The notes beneath the pieces are model-generated. The model was not told the DNA's origin. It saw only the letters and a list, made by a program, of their open reading frames with translations, and did not search any database. This document shows, piece by piece, positions 25,581-38,734 of a DNA stretch of 64,000 nucleotides; the first letter of the stretch is position 1; each line of letters begins with the position of its first letter. Source of the stretch: Octopus vulgaris (Eukaryota); the NCBI GenBank assembly GCA_951406725.2, contig OX597814.1:200570001-200634000 (forward strand), written 5' to 3'. Position numbers and translations under genes: made by a program.

Positions 25581-27074
25581 AAAAATCCAACTGAAATTTC
25601 AGATTTTACCAAAATTATAACTTCTTAAACAGGAACATAATTTATAAGATGTCGAATAGAACTCTAAGAATTTTAGATACACCAAACTTTGTTTCCACAA
25701 GACTTTGTACAATATAATTGTTTAAGTTGCCCTGTCATCTTTTCCTGCTTACTACCTATAGTACTTTAGATATGGCTAATCTTTTTAGCAGACACAATTT
25801 TATTTGGTGTGTTTTAAGTTATTACTGCACTGTGCTTTTGAATGTGTTCCAGTTTTCACTGAACTATTAACCGTATTCCTTTCCAAAGGTATTTCTTTTA
25901 GAATATCAAAGCAATGTGTTATCTTCAGGAAAGTTGATCACTTTGATTTTCCCAATTATTGATCACCTCGAACATAGCCATAGAAATAAATGTAGTGTAA
26001 TTGGTGTGTGTGTATGTGAATAGTGGGAGAGAGAAGAGAGAGAGAAAGCATGTCAAGGGACATTAAGGAAAAGAAGCCATCTTATGAAATGTTTCTTCTG
26101 AGTTGTGGAATATATAAAAGACACAAAAGAAATACACTTTAGAAGTTATTACACAAATGCTGCTAGATAGAAGAACATGACAGTGTCAGGGTAACTTCAT
26201 ATGACAACAGTGAGACTAGTTTTATTATATTCAGAAGAAGATTGGTTGGCATCAGCTGTTAAAAACTGCTAGCCAGCGAGATCCGGTTTTGATGATTGGA
26301 GCTGTCACAAGGACAACAATCCAGTCTTGGTCAAAATGCAAGTGCAACAGCTGTGTCAGTGTCAAATGATGTGTTAGCATTCAGTCACTGGAGCTGTTTA
26401 ATTTCACAAAATGCCAAAAGAAAATGGTATAGGGAAGTTTGACTTTCTTCATCAAGCCAGTAATCTCCATACAGCCACTGAAGTAAACCTAATCAACATG
26501 TTAAATACTGAATGGGAGATGAAGCAGATAATGTTCTAAAGCAACAGGAAGTAACATGATATTCATATGTGAATTGGTTCTCGTAAACACTTTCTATTTT
26601 TCAATAAAATTAGAATGTGTGTACTACGTCATATGAAATGCAGAGAATTCCAGAAAGTACCCCACTATCAAAAATGAGTTAACTATTCTTGTGTATCAAG
26701 TGCACACACACACAACTGAATAAACTTGGATCCCATACAGGTGTGTAGATAGAGAAAGGAAATGAGACAGCAATTGTGAAACATATAGGAAGAGGAAGTG
26801 AAGTGTAGGTGAGAATGTCAGATAGGTGTAGTGGCATCCTTAGTTTACTGGAGGCACTGCATAGAGAATAGAGGCTACCTACTGCTATCCTTGGTCATAC
26901 CAGCAGCATAGTACATTGAAAATATTAAGAGGAAGGATTAATAGAGAGATGAACAGTAAGGAACATGAATGCATGAGACAAGAGGTAAGAGTGTGATGGA
27001 GTGGGGAATGCTTGGAGAGTAAAAGCTAAAAAGGTACTGGATGAGAGGCTATTGAAGTAGCCAATGATGTAGAC

Positions 27075-27108
<34 letters not shown>

Positions 27109-29199
27109 CACAAACTTCAATGAATTGGATGGTTAAACAGGATGCAATGGGCATGAAGACTGCATGCATGATGCTCTGGCATGGTTTCAACAGCTGGATA
27201 CTCATCATAATGCCAGCCATTTTACAGAGTTAGCATTTTTATTGCATGTGGCACCAGAACTAGTGAGGTCACCATGCATCTTGCAAGACTAAGATCCCCC
27301 TTCAACTGAACAGAGCTACATTAAAGGAAGGTGGCTTTATACTACGAGATGAGAGGTTAAAGTATGAAAGACCAAAACAAAACAGAAGAGCTACAAGGTT
27401 ATTCACATTCTACAAGATTGGGTGGGAGAAACTAGAGTGAAGCTGGAAAAGAAGAAGATAGTGGTGGTGAAGTGACTGGGTGGACCCTGAAGGTACAAAT
27501 TGAATAGAGGGGAGTGAATACAGAAAAGTAGGGAGTAGAGAGGAAGGAGGAATTGCAAGAGTGCATGGGGAGAATGAGATACGTTTAGAGATGGAGTAAT
27601 GAGTGAGAGGGAAAAAATAATGAAAACCAAGTTCTGAAGTGTGTTTGATAATAAATAGAGAGAAAAGTAAGGAAGAAAAGGGCCAATTGTTGGGATGCAG
27701 TCCTAGTTATGTTAAAGATGTACTTTCTCCAGGAGAAACCCTCATTGACTATGAGAACCAATATTTAGAACAATTGTAAAGGCTCTAGTTGTATGCTCCT
27801 CATTATTAAATGGGGTTGGGTTGAATGATGTTGCCTTGAAATGAGTAGTATTTGTATTTCCTAACTTTAGAAAGAGATAAGACTGGCACATATGCCCTTT
27901 GAAGAGTGATTTCAAGGTCTCTGTTCACATAGTAAGCTTGAGTTTGGGATGTGGTGTACAAGTTGCAAGCGGCTGTTTGAGGAATGTTAACTGAAGACTG
28001 AAGTGTAGTGCCATCATCTGTGTAAGAATTGGTATTGCTGGACAGGATAACAACCTTGGAACATGCTGGAATCGACTGAATGGGGGACAGAAAGAGGTCC
28101 ATCAATAGAGACAGCAATAGAGCTATCTGATAGGAAACTACTGATCTAAAAGGTGAGAGAATCTCATGAATAAATAACTTTAATAAACAATTTGCATACT
28201 AATGAGTTGAAAACTTATCTGAGGTTGACAGTGACAACACTGATTTTATTAAATTTCTTCAAAACAAGAGCCCATTGATGGGTAAAATAGGAGAGACAAT
28301 CACTAGTGGATCTGACTCAACAGAAACCTTATTGGTGATCATTAAGGACTCAACATAACATGCCACGTGGGATTATTTGCAGAAACAGCTTATTCTTATA
28401 GACAAGCCTTAAAGCATTATTCATAAAACCTCCATACACCCTTCAGCCATACCCAAAACCAGAAACATTTAATCCAGAGTACACTTACAAACAGATCTAG
28501 AAGATTTGTAGTTAAACCCACTAAACTGCACTTGTAAAACAACACCATGGGAAAGGAATAAAATTACTTAGTTGTGTAAAGAAAAGAATGTGAAAAGGCA
28601 TTTCTTGTTCATTTAAGTATCTTACACAGATTGCTTTCAGAGAGGGAATTAACTGCTTTGTGACAGTAGCATTTTCAAGAAAAGATTTATGACTATAGTA
28701 ATGCCAATTTATATAAGCTCTAAATTTCCATGTAGCTGAAAAGGGAAATGTGGTTTAATCAGTGGATTTATATAGAATAATGTCCAGGAACATCATGGAA
28801 AAGAAGGCGTCTTGTGCAACATTTGTTTTAAGTTGTGGAATATATAAGAGGTGCAAAAAAAATTGCAAGATTATTACCCATGTGCTAGATATAACAACAT
28901 GGTAATAGAAATGACATAAGCAATAACTTTCCATACCACATAGAATTTCTGTCTTTACCAAGTGCTTCATAAATTTTCTCTGTTCTGCTGCTTATTACTG
29001 GTCTACCTTAGAAACTGTGTGAAAGCCAAATTATAATCTGAAGTATTAACAAAACAGTTGATTCAGTTACAGCTGAAATAACCTTGATTAAACTTTACAT
29101 CAACTCAAACCTAACTCCCATTACAAGTAGCTCTTCACTTTTTGCATTGTGTATAAAGTCATCTTAGTTTCAGCTTTACCAGTTCAGGTATTCCTCAAT

Positions 29200-29657
29200 T
29201 CATAAACTATTCTACATCAATGGTCACTTGTTTGCTTGTGATATGCAAGACTTAACTTCACTTAGGAATACTGCAGCCAAAACCAGTCTGTTTCTCAATG
29301 CAAGGAAGTTTGAATACATGACCATTAATGGAGAGAAAAGACATTTGCCAATTTGTTCCAACAATGCTACACAATTAAAGGAAGTCAGTGACTTTGAGTA
29401 CTTTGGATTGTATATAGCTAACAGAAAGACTTCCTGGCACACAAGGAACTGGTCTAGAGTACCTGTAACAAGCTTTAAAACCTCTGGCAATCAAATATTT
29501 CAAAGCCAATGAGAGTGGCTTTCTTCAGGCCATAAATAGAGTATTCTACTCTATGGAGTTAAAGCTTGGAATTTGAAGGCTTACCTTGAGGAATCTTCAG
29601 TACATACCTCCAGGTTTCTCATGATGTTTCAAAGCATCTCATGGTATGAGCACAAGA
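29200..29657 (+). mobile_element. Decayed RTE-like RT fragment
   Basis: TSLFLNARKFEYMTING...LKEVSDFEYFGLYI, then (frame-shifted) SILLYG..AW, matching the RT 'F.YLGS' and 'LLYG.E.W' motifs. Confidence 0.65.
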
Positions 29658-29805
29658 TCATCATCATCATCGTTTAACGTCCGTTCTCCATGCTAGCATG
29701 GGTCCCACGGTTCGACCAGGGATCTGGAAATCAGAAATTTACGGACGCAGTCTACTATTGCTATTTGACACAAGTTATGCTTTGATAGCCACTACTATAC
29801 TGTTG

Positions 29806-30100
29806 AGTGGAGGGACATGGCTTAGTGGTTACGGTATTCAGCTCATGATGGTAAGATTGTGAGTTTGATTCCCAGTGGTATGTTGTGTCCTTGGTATGTT
29901 GCTTCAGTTCACTCAGCTGGCAAAAATAAGTTGTACCTGTCACTGAAAGGGCCAGCCATATCACATTCTGTGTCAGGTTGAATATCTATGGGAACTACTT
30001 TAAGAATACCTTGTGTCTGTGGAGTGCTCAGCCATTTGCACATTAATTTCACAAGCAGATCAAATAGAACACTGTCATCATAACAAATGAAATGCTAGTT
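29806..30100 (+). mobile_element. SINE family C
   Basis: TGGCTTAGTGGTTA and GAGTTTGATTCCC boxes; shares AAAGGGCCAGCC and GTGTCTGTGGAGTGCTCAGCCA with 30634-31018. Confidence 0.75.
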
Positions 30101-30633
30101 ACACTACTGAACAACAGACCAATCCAGGTGTTACATTCTGGAAACTTCTAAACTTAATTGAGGATGCAGATGATTGCCAACTGTATTGATGTTATTGGTT
30201 GATATACACAACATGAAATTGAAGACCTACTGAAGACCTATTCCTGGCACAGCATTGTTAACTGCATCTCAGTCACAGCCACTGAGAGAAAACAAAATGA
30301 TTTTTTTTTTTGTTCAGGATTTCAAGATTAACACAACCTTCCTAGCCTCATTCTTGTAACTAAACTCATTGTCCAATTCCAATGACACTGGATTGCATTA
30401 AAGAACAAGCAATTCCAAAATCACAAACCAAACTGTTTCTACAAGTATGTAAAAACCGATGCCAGCTCATTCCTACAGACAAGTCTGAAAACACCATAGA
30501 AAAAGAAAAGCACATTTCCATCAGCAATAAGTTCATTTTGGGTTGCATTTTTCATCTGATTCTTCTACTAAATCAGTTCCTGCTCCTCACAGTATTATTA
30601 AGCAATAAATACACTGTTATTATTCTTGTCATA

Positions 30634-31018
30634 GTGGAGGTGCAATGGCCCAATTGTTAGGGCAGTGGACTCATGGTCGTAGGATCGCGGTTTTGATTCC
30701 CAGACCAGGCATTGTGTTTATTGAGCAAAAAACACCTAAAGCTCCACAAGGCTCTAGCAGCAGGTGATAGTAAATCCCGCTTATACTCTTTCACCACAAC
30801 TTTCTCTCACTCTTTCTTCCTGTTTCTGTTGTACCCGTTTTTCAAAGGGCCAGCCTTGTCACACTCTGTCATGCTGAATGTCCCCGAGAACTATGTTAAG
30901 GTTACACGTGTCTGTGGAATGCTCAGCCACTTGCATGTTAATTTTCTGAGCACACTGTTCCTTTGATCAGATCAACTGGAACCCTCGTCATTATAACCAA
31001 TGGAGTGCCGTAGTAGTA
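30634..31018 (+). mobile_element. SINE family C, full length with TSD
   Basis: tRNA-like head GGAGGTGCAATGGCCCAATTGTTAGGGCAGTGGACTC...GGTTTTGATTCCC and (GTA)n tail; TSD ATTCTTGTCATA (30622-33) / ATTCTTGTTATA (31019-30). Confidence 0.85.
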
Positions 31019-32275
31019 ATTCTTGTTATACATAACTTGCTTCCTGCTGAGTTTTCTTTTCAAACACTGAATATTCAGGAAATCTCCTCAGGGCTCAATT
31101 CTTTCTGCTAAACATTTACTTACAAACTAAACAAGATATTAACAGTACTAACACTACAACAAATCTCAATCTTTCAGTAAGAGAAATACATTTATAGCTT
31201 ACATCCTTTCTTCCTAGATTCATTTAAGAAAGATTTAACAAAAATTTTAATTTGTTAATGCATAAATTTAACCCACTCAAACCCGGGTCCTAACATCTAA
31301 CTTTACCCTCCATCTGAGCTGAGTAGAAAATTAAATAGTTGCATTTACAGCTCAAGAGTAATGATCACAGGCAAACTATCAGACAGAATAACAAAATAAT
31401 TGCAGAGAATAACAATAATAGGCCTAACTCTCAATCACAATATTTGTTCATTGCAGGCAAACTAACGGACAGAATCACAAAACTTTTCAGGAAAATAACA
31501 ATTATAGGGCTAACCACAAAGGGTGGGTGTTACTGTAGCTTTTAGCCCCAGGAGATCATCGTCTCCAGCTGGCTTTAGGCTTTGTGGTTAGCTATATTGA
31601 GATGGCTATTATACTTTACTTTGTCCAGCGGTTACTATTTACATCTCGTTCAGAGATTTATTATAACAATTATAGGCCCACCTCTCAACTACTGTATTTG
31701 TTCAACTAACTAAATTGCTACTTCCCTCATCACTTTCACCACTTTGAATGTCCGAAACACTCCCATTGCTGGTATAAGTGTAAACTCTTTGTCCAAAGAA
31801 TAAATATCATCAATAATTTCTTCAACTGTAAAGATTCTAGGCCTTGCTCGTTTACAAAACAAAGTGTTGGGATCATCACATGCTTGTTTCATTGCAAAAG
31901 AAGCATTTTTTCAATAAAAGCAAAAGTAAACAACAGATACAGGGGATGCCATTAACAATAAGTCATAAACGCACTTGCGTAGAATGTTGCAACATGATTG
32001 GTTGTCTATTTTGAGTAATTTATCTTCTCTTTCCAGAGTGTGTTTTTCGTTACCACTTTAATGGGAATCCGGTAGAGATTACAATTAGGCTATTTCCATT
32101 GTAGTAGGAGCACAGTGCAGTAAGGTTAAGTATTTGAAAACTGACATCCATATAATGTGTAAATATTTCACATTATAATTATTCTTTGTAATAATGTATG
32201 GAATGTATGCAAATTACTGATTGACTGCCACATTCTGCAACAAAGACAGGCAGGCAGGCATGCATGCATACATAC

Positions 32276-32813
32276 ATGGTGGCTGCCCCCTCATTATCGA
32301 GTATGGCCATTGCACGAAGCTTAATCAATGTTGTTATCGTGCAATGCCTGTGCAAGAAGATTTTTTTTCAAATGAGGAAAGGCTGTGCACTGAGTCAATC
32401 CCACTCACTAAGCAACAGCTGCCATAATCCGAAAAGAAGAACAAGTCAACATCATCAGTAACCACTGAGCCGCAGGTTTTATGTCGGAGTATTCCCAGTT
32501 ACCTGAGTTACCTTCTCCTAGAAGGATGCCCTAATAAAGGCTAGGAGTCCTTCATTCCTAATGGTTTAACCACACTATCGGGTATTCAGTCCAATTATTT
32601 CTATGTCCCCGCGCATGATACAGCCTTAAGACATTTATTGGATGGCCGTTGACTCTCAAGAGTTTCTCCGCCCTTTCATGGGTTTTGTTTTCCATCCAGC
32701 AGGGTATCCAATAAACACCCTCCTCACCAAGCAAGCTTGGTGGGGTTGCCAGTTTAGTCGCCAACGACCCGACCATGCAACAGGTTGTACTGGGTTACAT
32801 GTTACCAGTAGCA
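32276..32813 (-). mobile_element. Bipartite non-autonomous RTE-like retroposon, copy 1 (slightly 5'-truncated)
   Basis: Minus strand carries an RTE 5'-UTR-like motif (GGGCATCCTTCTAGGAGAAGGTAACTC) and an RTE-like 3' end (GGCCATACTCGATAATGAGGGGGCAGCCACC), with no ORF. Highly similar to 33558-34108 and flanked by (CATA)n. Confidence 0.75.
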
Positions 32814-33557
32814 TACATACATACGGACAGACATACATAACATACATACACACATACATACATACGGTATATGTAACACACTGGGATATATAACACACTG
32901 CCTAACTACCAATCTTGAGAAATTAGGCTTCTCAAAACCAGAAAGGACAAAGCTAATTCAAACACTACAAATCCAATCCAATCCACTGGAACTGTAAAAA
33001 TCTGGAAAACTTTCCAGAAGTTTGTCATTAAATATATACAAGTGTATCCAGATATGCAACTATATGCATAAAACATACAAACATAAAACATACAAATCTG
33101 CACGTACATACATATAAACAAAAACATCATTGTCGATGTTAAAATTCCAATGAAGGTACCTTGGATCTAGGTTAGAAACTGGTTCTTTCTCTATTGGCAA
33201 GAAATCTTGAAATAAACTGAATAATGACATACATATCCAGGCACCTATAAACACATTTCATTTAATACACCTGAGCCATGACAGCTCCATTTTCAACAGA
33301 AAAGTTCTTTCATCTCCCATATATATTTTTCATTTTGATATTCCAAGCTGGTAATGCTAAATTAGTCCAGAGTTATTTTATACTTTGCTGGTGTGTTTTG
33401 AAATATTTTATTACACAACAGCAAATGGTAACAAAAGTAATAACGGACAAACCAAAGTACTGAACAGATTCAAAATTCTGATTTGGAATTTTAACTAATT
33501 CTGATTTAGTTAAGTCAGACAGCAATTTATAAAATGAAGTTTTGTATGCATATATGT

Positions 33558-34108
33558 ATGGTGGCTGCCTCCTCATTATCGAGTATGACCATTGCACAAA
33601 GCTTAATGTTGTTATCGTGCAATGCCTGTACAAGAAGATTTTTTTTCAAGTGAGGAAAGGCTATGCACTGAGTCAATCCCACTCACTAAGCAACAGCTGC
33701 CATAATCCGAAAAGAAGAACAAGTTAACATCATCAGTAACCACTGAGCCGCAGGTTTTATGTCGGAGTTATCCCAGTTACCTGAGTTACCTTCTCCTAGA
33801 AGGATGCCCTAACAAAGGCTAGGAGTCCTTCATTCCCAATGGTTTAACCGCGCAATCGGGTATTCAGTCCGATTATTTCCAAGTCCCCGCGCATGATACA
33901 GCCTTAAGACATTTATTGGATGGCCGTTGACTCTCAAGAGTTCCTCCACCCTTTGACGGGTTTTGTTTTTCATCCCGCAGGGTGTCCAATAAACACCCTC
34001 CTCACCAAGCAATCTTGGTGGAGTTGCCGGTTTAGTCGCCGCCGACTCGACCATGCAACAGGTTGTACTGGGTTACATGTTACCAGTAGCACTCAAAAGT
34101 GACCTGAC
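33558..34108 (-). mobile_element. Bipartite non-autonomous RTE-like retroposon, copy 2
   Basis: Direct repeat of 32276-32813 with about 17 extra nt at the inferred 5' end (GTCAGGTCACTTTTGAG). Confidence 0.75.
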
Positions 34109-34130
34109 ACATATAAGTATATATACATAT

Positions 34131-34164
<34 letters not shown>

Positions 34165-35062
34165 GCATATCATAAAGGAGTTATAACCAACAGATATCAA
34201 CCATTCAAAAAACCAATGGAAACAGTTTCCTTGGTTCAATCAGAAGGTCAAGTACCACAATATTATGGTCTACTTTAAAATGTAGTTTACCAACTCGAAA
34301 ACATCAGCAAAAGAATTATAGCAAATACTAAATTCAAAATTTTGGATATTTCAGAAACAGATTTCATTCACATCTATGCTCAAATAATTTTTACTTTTAT
34401 TAACAAGTGTCGGTGGTACTTATTGCTGTTGCTGAGTAGTTCAAATCAGCTCTGCCACTTTCACAGAGGCAGCTAACTGTGACTCAAGTACAGATGGTAC
34501 AACCTTAAACACATATCAAATATATGAAGAATTAACTCAATTAATTGTCTACTGTTATGTCTTTAATGCAGAAATGTTACCCCATACTACAGATAGTTAT
34601 CAACTTGCTGAGGGAAATTTGGTTTATAAAAATAATGGTTTCATAATGAATCAAAATCTGTTGATGTTTTTTTACTGCAAAAGAACTAAACATTTTTTTT
34701 TTTTTATTACAAAAAAAAATTAATTTCTTTTATTTTCTAATGACATCAATGCTTACTTACCACCATGAACAGTGTGCTGGTAGTATTTTGATGTTTAATA
34801 CTGTAGCACAGTGAACACAAACAGTATTTTCTGAGCAAGTAAATAAATGTATGACTAACTGTAGCATTAAAAATACTAATGCTACTATTCAGAAACATCT
34901 GAATTTTTTCTAAACTTTTACAGTGCTTATCACTTGTTTTATTTTCAGAAGATAAAAGTAAGGAAAACTATTATACAGGAATTCAAAGATTTTTCCAAAA
35001 GGTTGAATGTCATAATCAAAACTTTCTGATGTTTTGTTTTGCCAAAATACATACACACACAA

Positions 35063-35097
35063 TGCACATACATGTGTGTGTGTGTGTGTGTGTGTGA

Positions 35098-35173
<76 letters not shown>

Positions 35174-35240
35174 GTATATATTTGTACATATGTGTGTATG
35201 TGTATATATATGTATGTATATATATGTGTGTGTGTGTGTA
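35063..35240. repeat. Compound (GT)n/(TA)n microsatellite
   Basis: About 180 bp of alternating purine-pyrimidine dinucleotides. Confidence 0.95.
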
Positions 35241-35369
35241 TAATTAGAGAGAGAGAATAAACATTTTCTAAAACATTTGAAGATCACAGAGATTATTGAT
35301 ATTAGTTTGTATGGATCATAATAATTATTTACAAAACAACAAAATATTGAAATATATTTCATGTTTTTG

Positions 35370-36330
35370 TCAAACTGGTGACAGTGATGGGGTTGATAGT
35401 CAACAACTGCAGGATTAACAAGAAAAGAATTCCAGAATACTGAGTTTTGGAAAGGCTGCTTAGTGTGACACCTGGGGTAAAATTTGAGTAGCAGTGACAT
35501 GTAACTAGCAATCTCCGAGATGCAGAAATGATAGTGGCAATGATTGACAAGACAATGCCTTTGTAAAATTGACAATGAAGTGTATTAGTGATTCCTTGTC
35601 TATCAGTCAGATGGCTTTGTCTATAATGTGAGGGACACTTAATATATGCAGCAGCAATATTGAGCAGAGATGATCATTATCCCATTGTGAGTTTCACTTG
35701 AGCTTTATAAAAAACATCAGCAACTGATCAGAACCCAAGTACTTTCTGGTTTCAAAAGAAGAATACAGATTTGATTATGTTATGAGTGTGAGGGGTATCG
35801 CCAGATGGAATCATTAGTGATTTTTCAGACATAATACTAGAAGTTGTGTGTGTTGTCTAAGATTCTATATGTCGTATACCAGACTGTTTCTACGATGTAT
35901 GCAGTGATTGTGTCATAAAGAGACATCGTATCGTAGGAAAATATACTTGAAAGGTTTGTTCATAGAGGCAGAACAGATTTAACATGAGCTGTCTATGTTG
36001 CATGTGATTGATGCTTGTTTGAGAAAAATTAATGATGAGTAGCAAGTGTTACCATCTGTCTTGGTATGCGTAGTGTCAGGTGGAAACAAGTTTGTTAATA
36101 TGCAAAATGAAGATTGTGAATGTACATTTTCAAACCTTCACTACAAAAGAGTCAAAAGAATGGGAGAGAGAGAGTTCTATCAATGCTCCCTACACTGATG
36201 GGATCTTCCAAAAATGAGAGACAAAAGAACCCATAGTCCAGATTCCCATGTCAGACACAGTCAAATACTTTGCTGATGTCAAAAGCAACATAATTTTTTA
36301 AGGAATTTTTCTAAGAGGAGAAAACTCTGA
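35370..36330 (-). mobile_element. Decayed CR1/Jockey-group LINE RT
   Basis: Minus-strand remnants VAFDISKVFDCV*HG (cf. ALDISKAFDRVWH), KYLG and LYKAQV occur in the correct order, with many stops. Confidence 0.7.
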
Positions 36331-38039
36331 TGATTGATATAGGGTGGTATAGCTTTATGGAAGAATTTGTGTGAAAGGAATTTGAGCAAATAATTGGAAG
36401 CAAATTCAATGAAGAACTTAACATATATGTTAAAGTAAACCTCGGCTCTTACCTTATTCTCATTAAATTAATTCTAATTCTTGATGTAACAACGGTTTTA
36501 GAAATGAATGTCCATAGAAACTGTGACAAGGTGATGATCTAGTCATGTCAAACAATATTCTTGATCTGACAAGGGTTAAGGTCAGCACGGAAAAGACCAA
36601 GACACTAATTCAAATAATATTGTAATTTGCCAGAAACCTTGCATTATGCATAAATGAGATTCTTGCAAAAACCTTTGAGCTATGCAGACAAGAAACAAAA
36701 TATGTAAGATGATGTCAAGGAATGAAAACAAAGAGAAAAGATATTATATTACCATATATAGGTTGTTTAATGATCATATAATATTTTAGGAAAGAAAACT
36801 TATTTTCAGCTAGAAGAAACAATTTGGAGGAATGTTTTGTCAACTGGCAAGCCATTTAAATATGATGAAGAGGGAAATGTTACCCAAAATATTCTTAACC
36901 CTTCACCTGCATTGCTGCAACAATTATTTGTAAATATTTATCTCATTTACTAATTAAAATAGAGATATGAAACAAAATCCCCAGGACATCAGACATCAGT
37001 TTCATTATTGTTCACTCAGAGGAGCAGTTGACTCTCGGACATACTGACAGAGAACTAGTCATTTGATGCACTGCTTTTTTAGTGACATCAATAGACAGCT
37101 GCTACTGTGGTGGTGTGCTCTAATTTCAATGAAATTGTGCTGGTGACTGTAGTTAACATTAAACTGAAAGAATAATTTCTCTGAATTGTCATTTCTATTG
37201 GGATCAAAAGGTTTTGTTCACTGTAGAAAGAATCATATGAAGGAGTATGATGTAGTATTGAATGAAAATGTTGCAGAGAAATGAGGTGGTATGATGAGCT
37301 GAATTTACAGTTTGCCAAGTTGCACAAAAATCAGGGAATGAGGTGAGAAAACAGCTGGACACAGCTGATATAGAGTGCAGAAGCAGCTGCATCATTAAGG
37401 CGAAATAACATAAAAGCATGACCCCCCCCCCACTCCGACCTCCAGCTTGGTAAAGAAGTATGATGTACTGATAGTGAAATGTCTTTGAGAGAGAAAGAGC
37501 AAAGAAAATAGGAAATGAAGTGATGAGGTTAAGTCTCAAGATGATAGTCCATATTAATGAGGAGATAAATAGCAAAATGTACAGTGCAGATAGAAATAAA
37601 ATATGCCAATATGGAAAAAATGTATGTTTAAATAATAATAATAATGATCATTATTATTATTACCATCATTATCAGTGAAATATTTTTAAATGTTGGAAAA
37701 GTTCAGATGTTTATCAACAAAATAGATATTAGAAAAGAATATTTTTCAAATGAACCAGATGACATGTTAATAGAATACTTTCTGTTCAATAATTAATAGT
37801 AAAAGAGATTATTGCTAGCCTTTCATCTGAACATTGTAAAATGGGAAAATGACAGAAATAGTGACGACATTAGAAGATGCTGGGAATTATCCAAAAGAGA
37901 GTCCTCAATGAAAATTGTATTAAACTAAAAGAAAAGTATAAGTATTCTAAGTATAAATAAATATTTTTATGTTTATTAATTTGTTTTGAAAGATTCCTGA
38001 TTTGAAATCATGTGTTGAAACACATACTGTTTTATGGTC

Positions 38040-38310
38040 TTTTTTTTTTTTGCCAAATAAACACACCCACTATATTTTTTTTCTTCACTAGTTTATTACT
38101 GTTCTTATTTTATTATTTTAACTCATGCTCATTGCCTGGAAATCTTTCGTCACACATCTGTGACCTCTTCAGTGACACTTTTCTTTTTTGTGTGATGAAA
38201 GATTTCCAGACAATGGACAGGAGTTAAAAATAAAAAAAATAAGAACAGTAATAAACGAGTAAAGAAAAAATATATAGTGTGTGTATTTATTTGGCAAAAG
38301 AGAAAAAAAA
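38040..38310. repeat. Long inverted repeat (foldback/MITE core)
   Basis: Arms ~38040-38156 and ~38188-38310 are reverse complements (TTTTGCCAAATAAA/TTTATTTGGCAAAA, GTTTATTACTGTTCTTATTTT/AAAATAAGAACAGTAATAAAC, CTGGAAATCTTTC/GAAAGATTTCCAG) with an ~30-nt spacer. Confidence 0.9.
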
Positions 38311-38734
38311 ATGACAATCCCAAAATACAACAATAAAGGAAAATATAGCATGCCACTCTTTTAAAGGAAAGTAAAAATATTTAATTGGAGTTATATAGAA
38401 GTAGGCACTGTTCCTATCACTTCCACAGGCTCTCTGAGCCAAGTGATTTTGATATACTTAACATGTCAATCTCACTAGATTCACATACCACCTGTAGGAA
38501 AAACAAAGGTACAGAGGAAATTCCAGATGGCCAATGTTCTGGGAGAAGAAGGATTGGGTGTTGTTGTGCTGTAAAGAAGAATGACAATGAGTTTGGAAAA
38601 TCTGAATCTGGAACACTTGAGGAGGAAGGATGAGACCAGTCGTTTTTTAAGAACAAAGGACATTGAAGTAACAATAGAAAAGGCAAAGAGGAAACAATAC
38701 ATATGGGCCAGAGGAGGGAATGTGTTGGTGAGTG

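Noticed and set aside
30634-30715. tRNA gene
   Set aside because: SINE head: A and B boxes are present but there is no complete cloverleaf, and it continues into a repeat body with a TSD. The same applies to the other tRNA-like heads.
31410-32110. Possible DNA transposon with AATAGGCCTAA/TTAGGCTATT ends and a short minus-strand ORF
   Set aside because: The inverted match is too short and imperfect, with no clear TSD or protein motif.
34415-34504. Possible minus-strand exon after TTTAAG (VVPSVLESQLAASVKVAELI*)
   Set aside because: Short, no recognisable homology, weak pyrimidine tract and no partner exons.
34773-34810. Hairpin containing TAATACTG (miR-8/200 seed)
   Set aside because: The stem is only ~14 bp and the sequence after the seed does not match miR-8; too short for a pre-miRNA.
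34910-35575. 221-aa ORF
   Set aside because: Open only because it crosses a (CA/TA)n microsatellite (THTH runs) and an out-of-frame LINE fossil.
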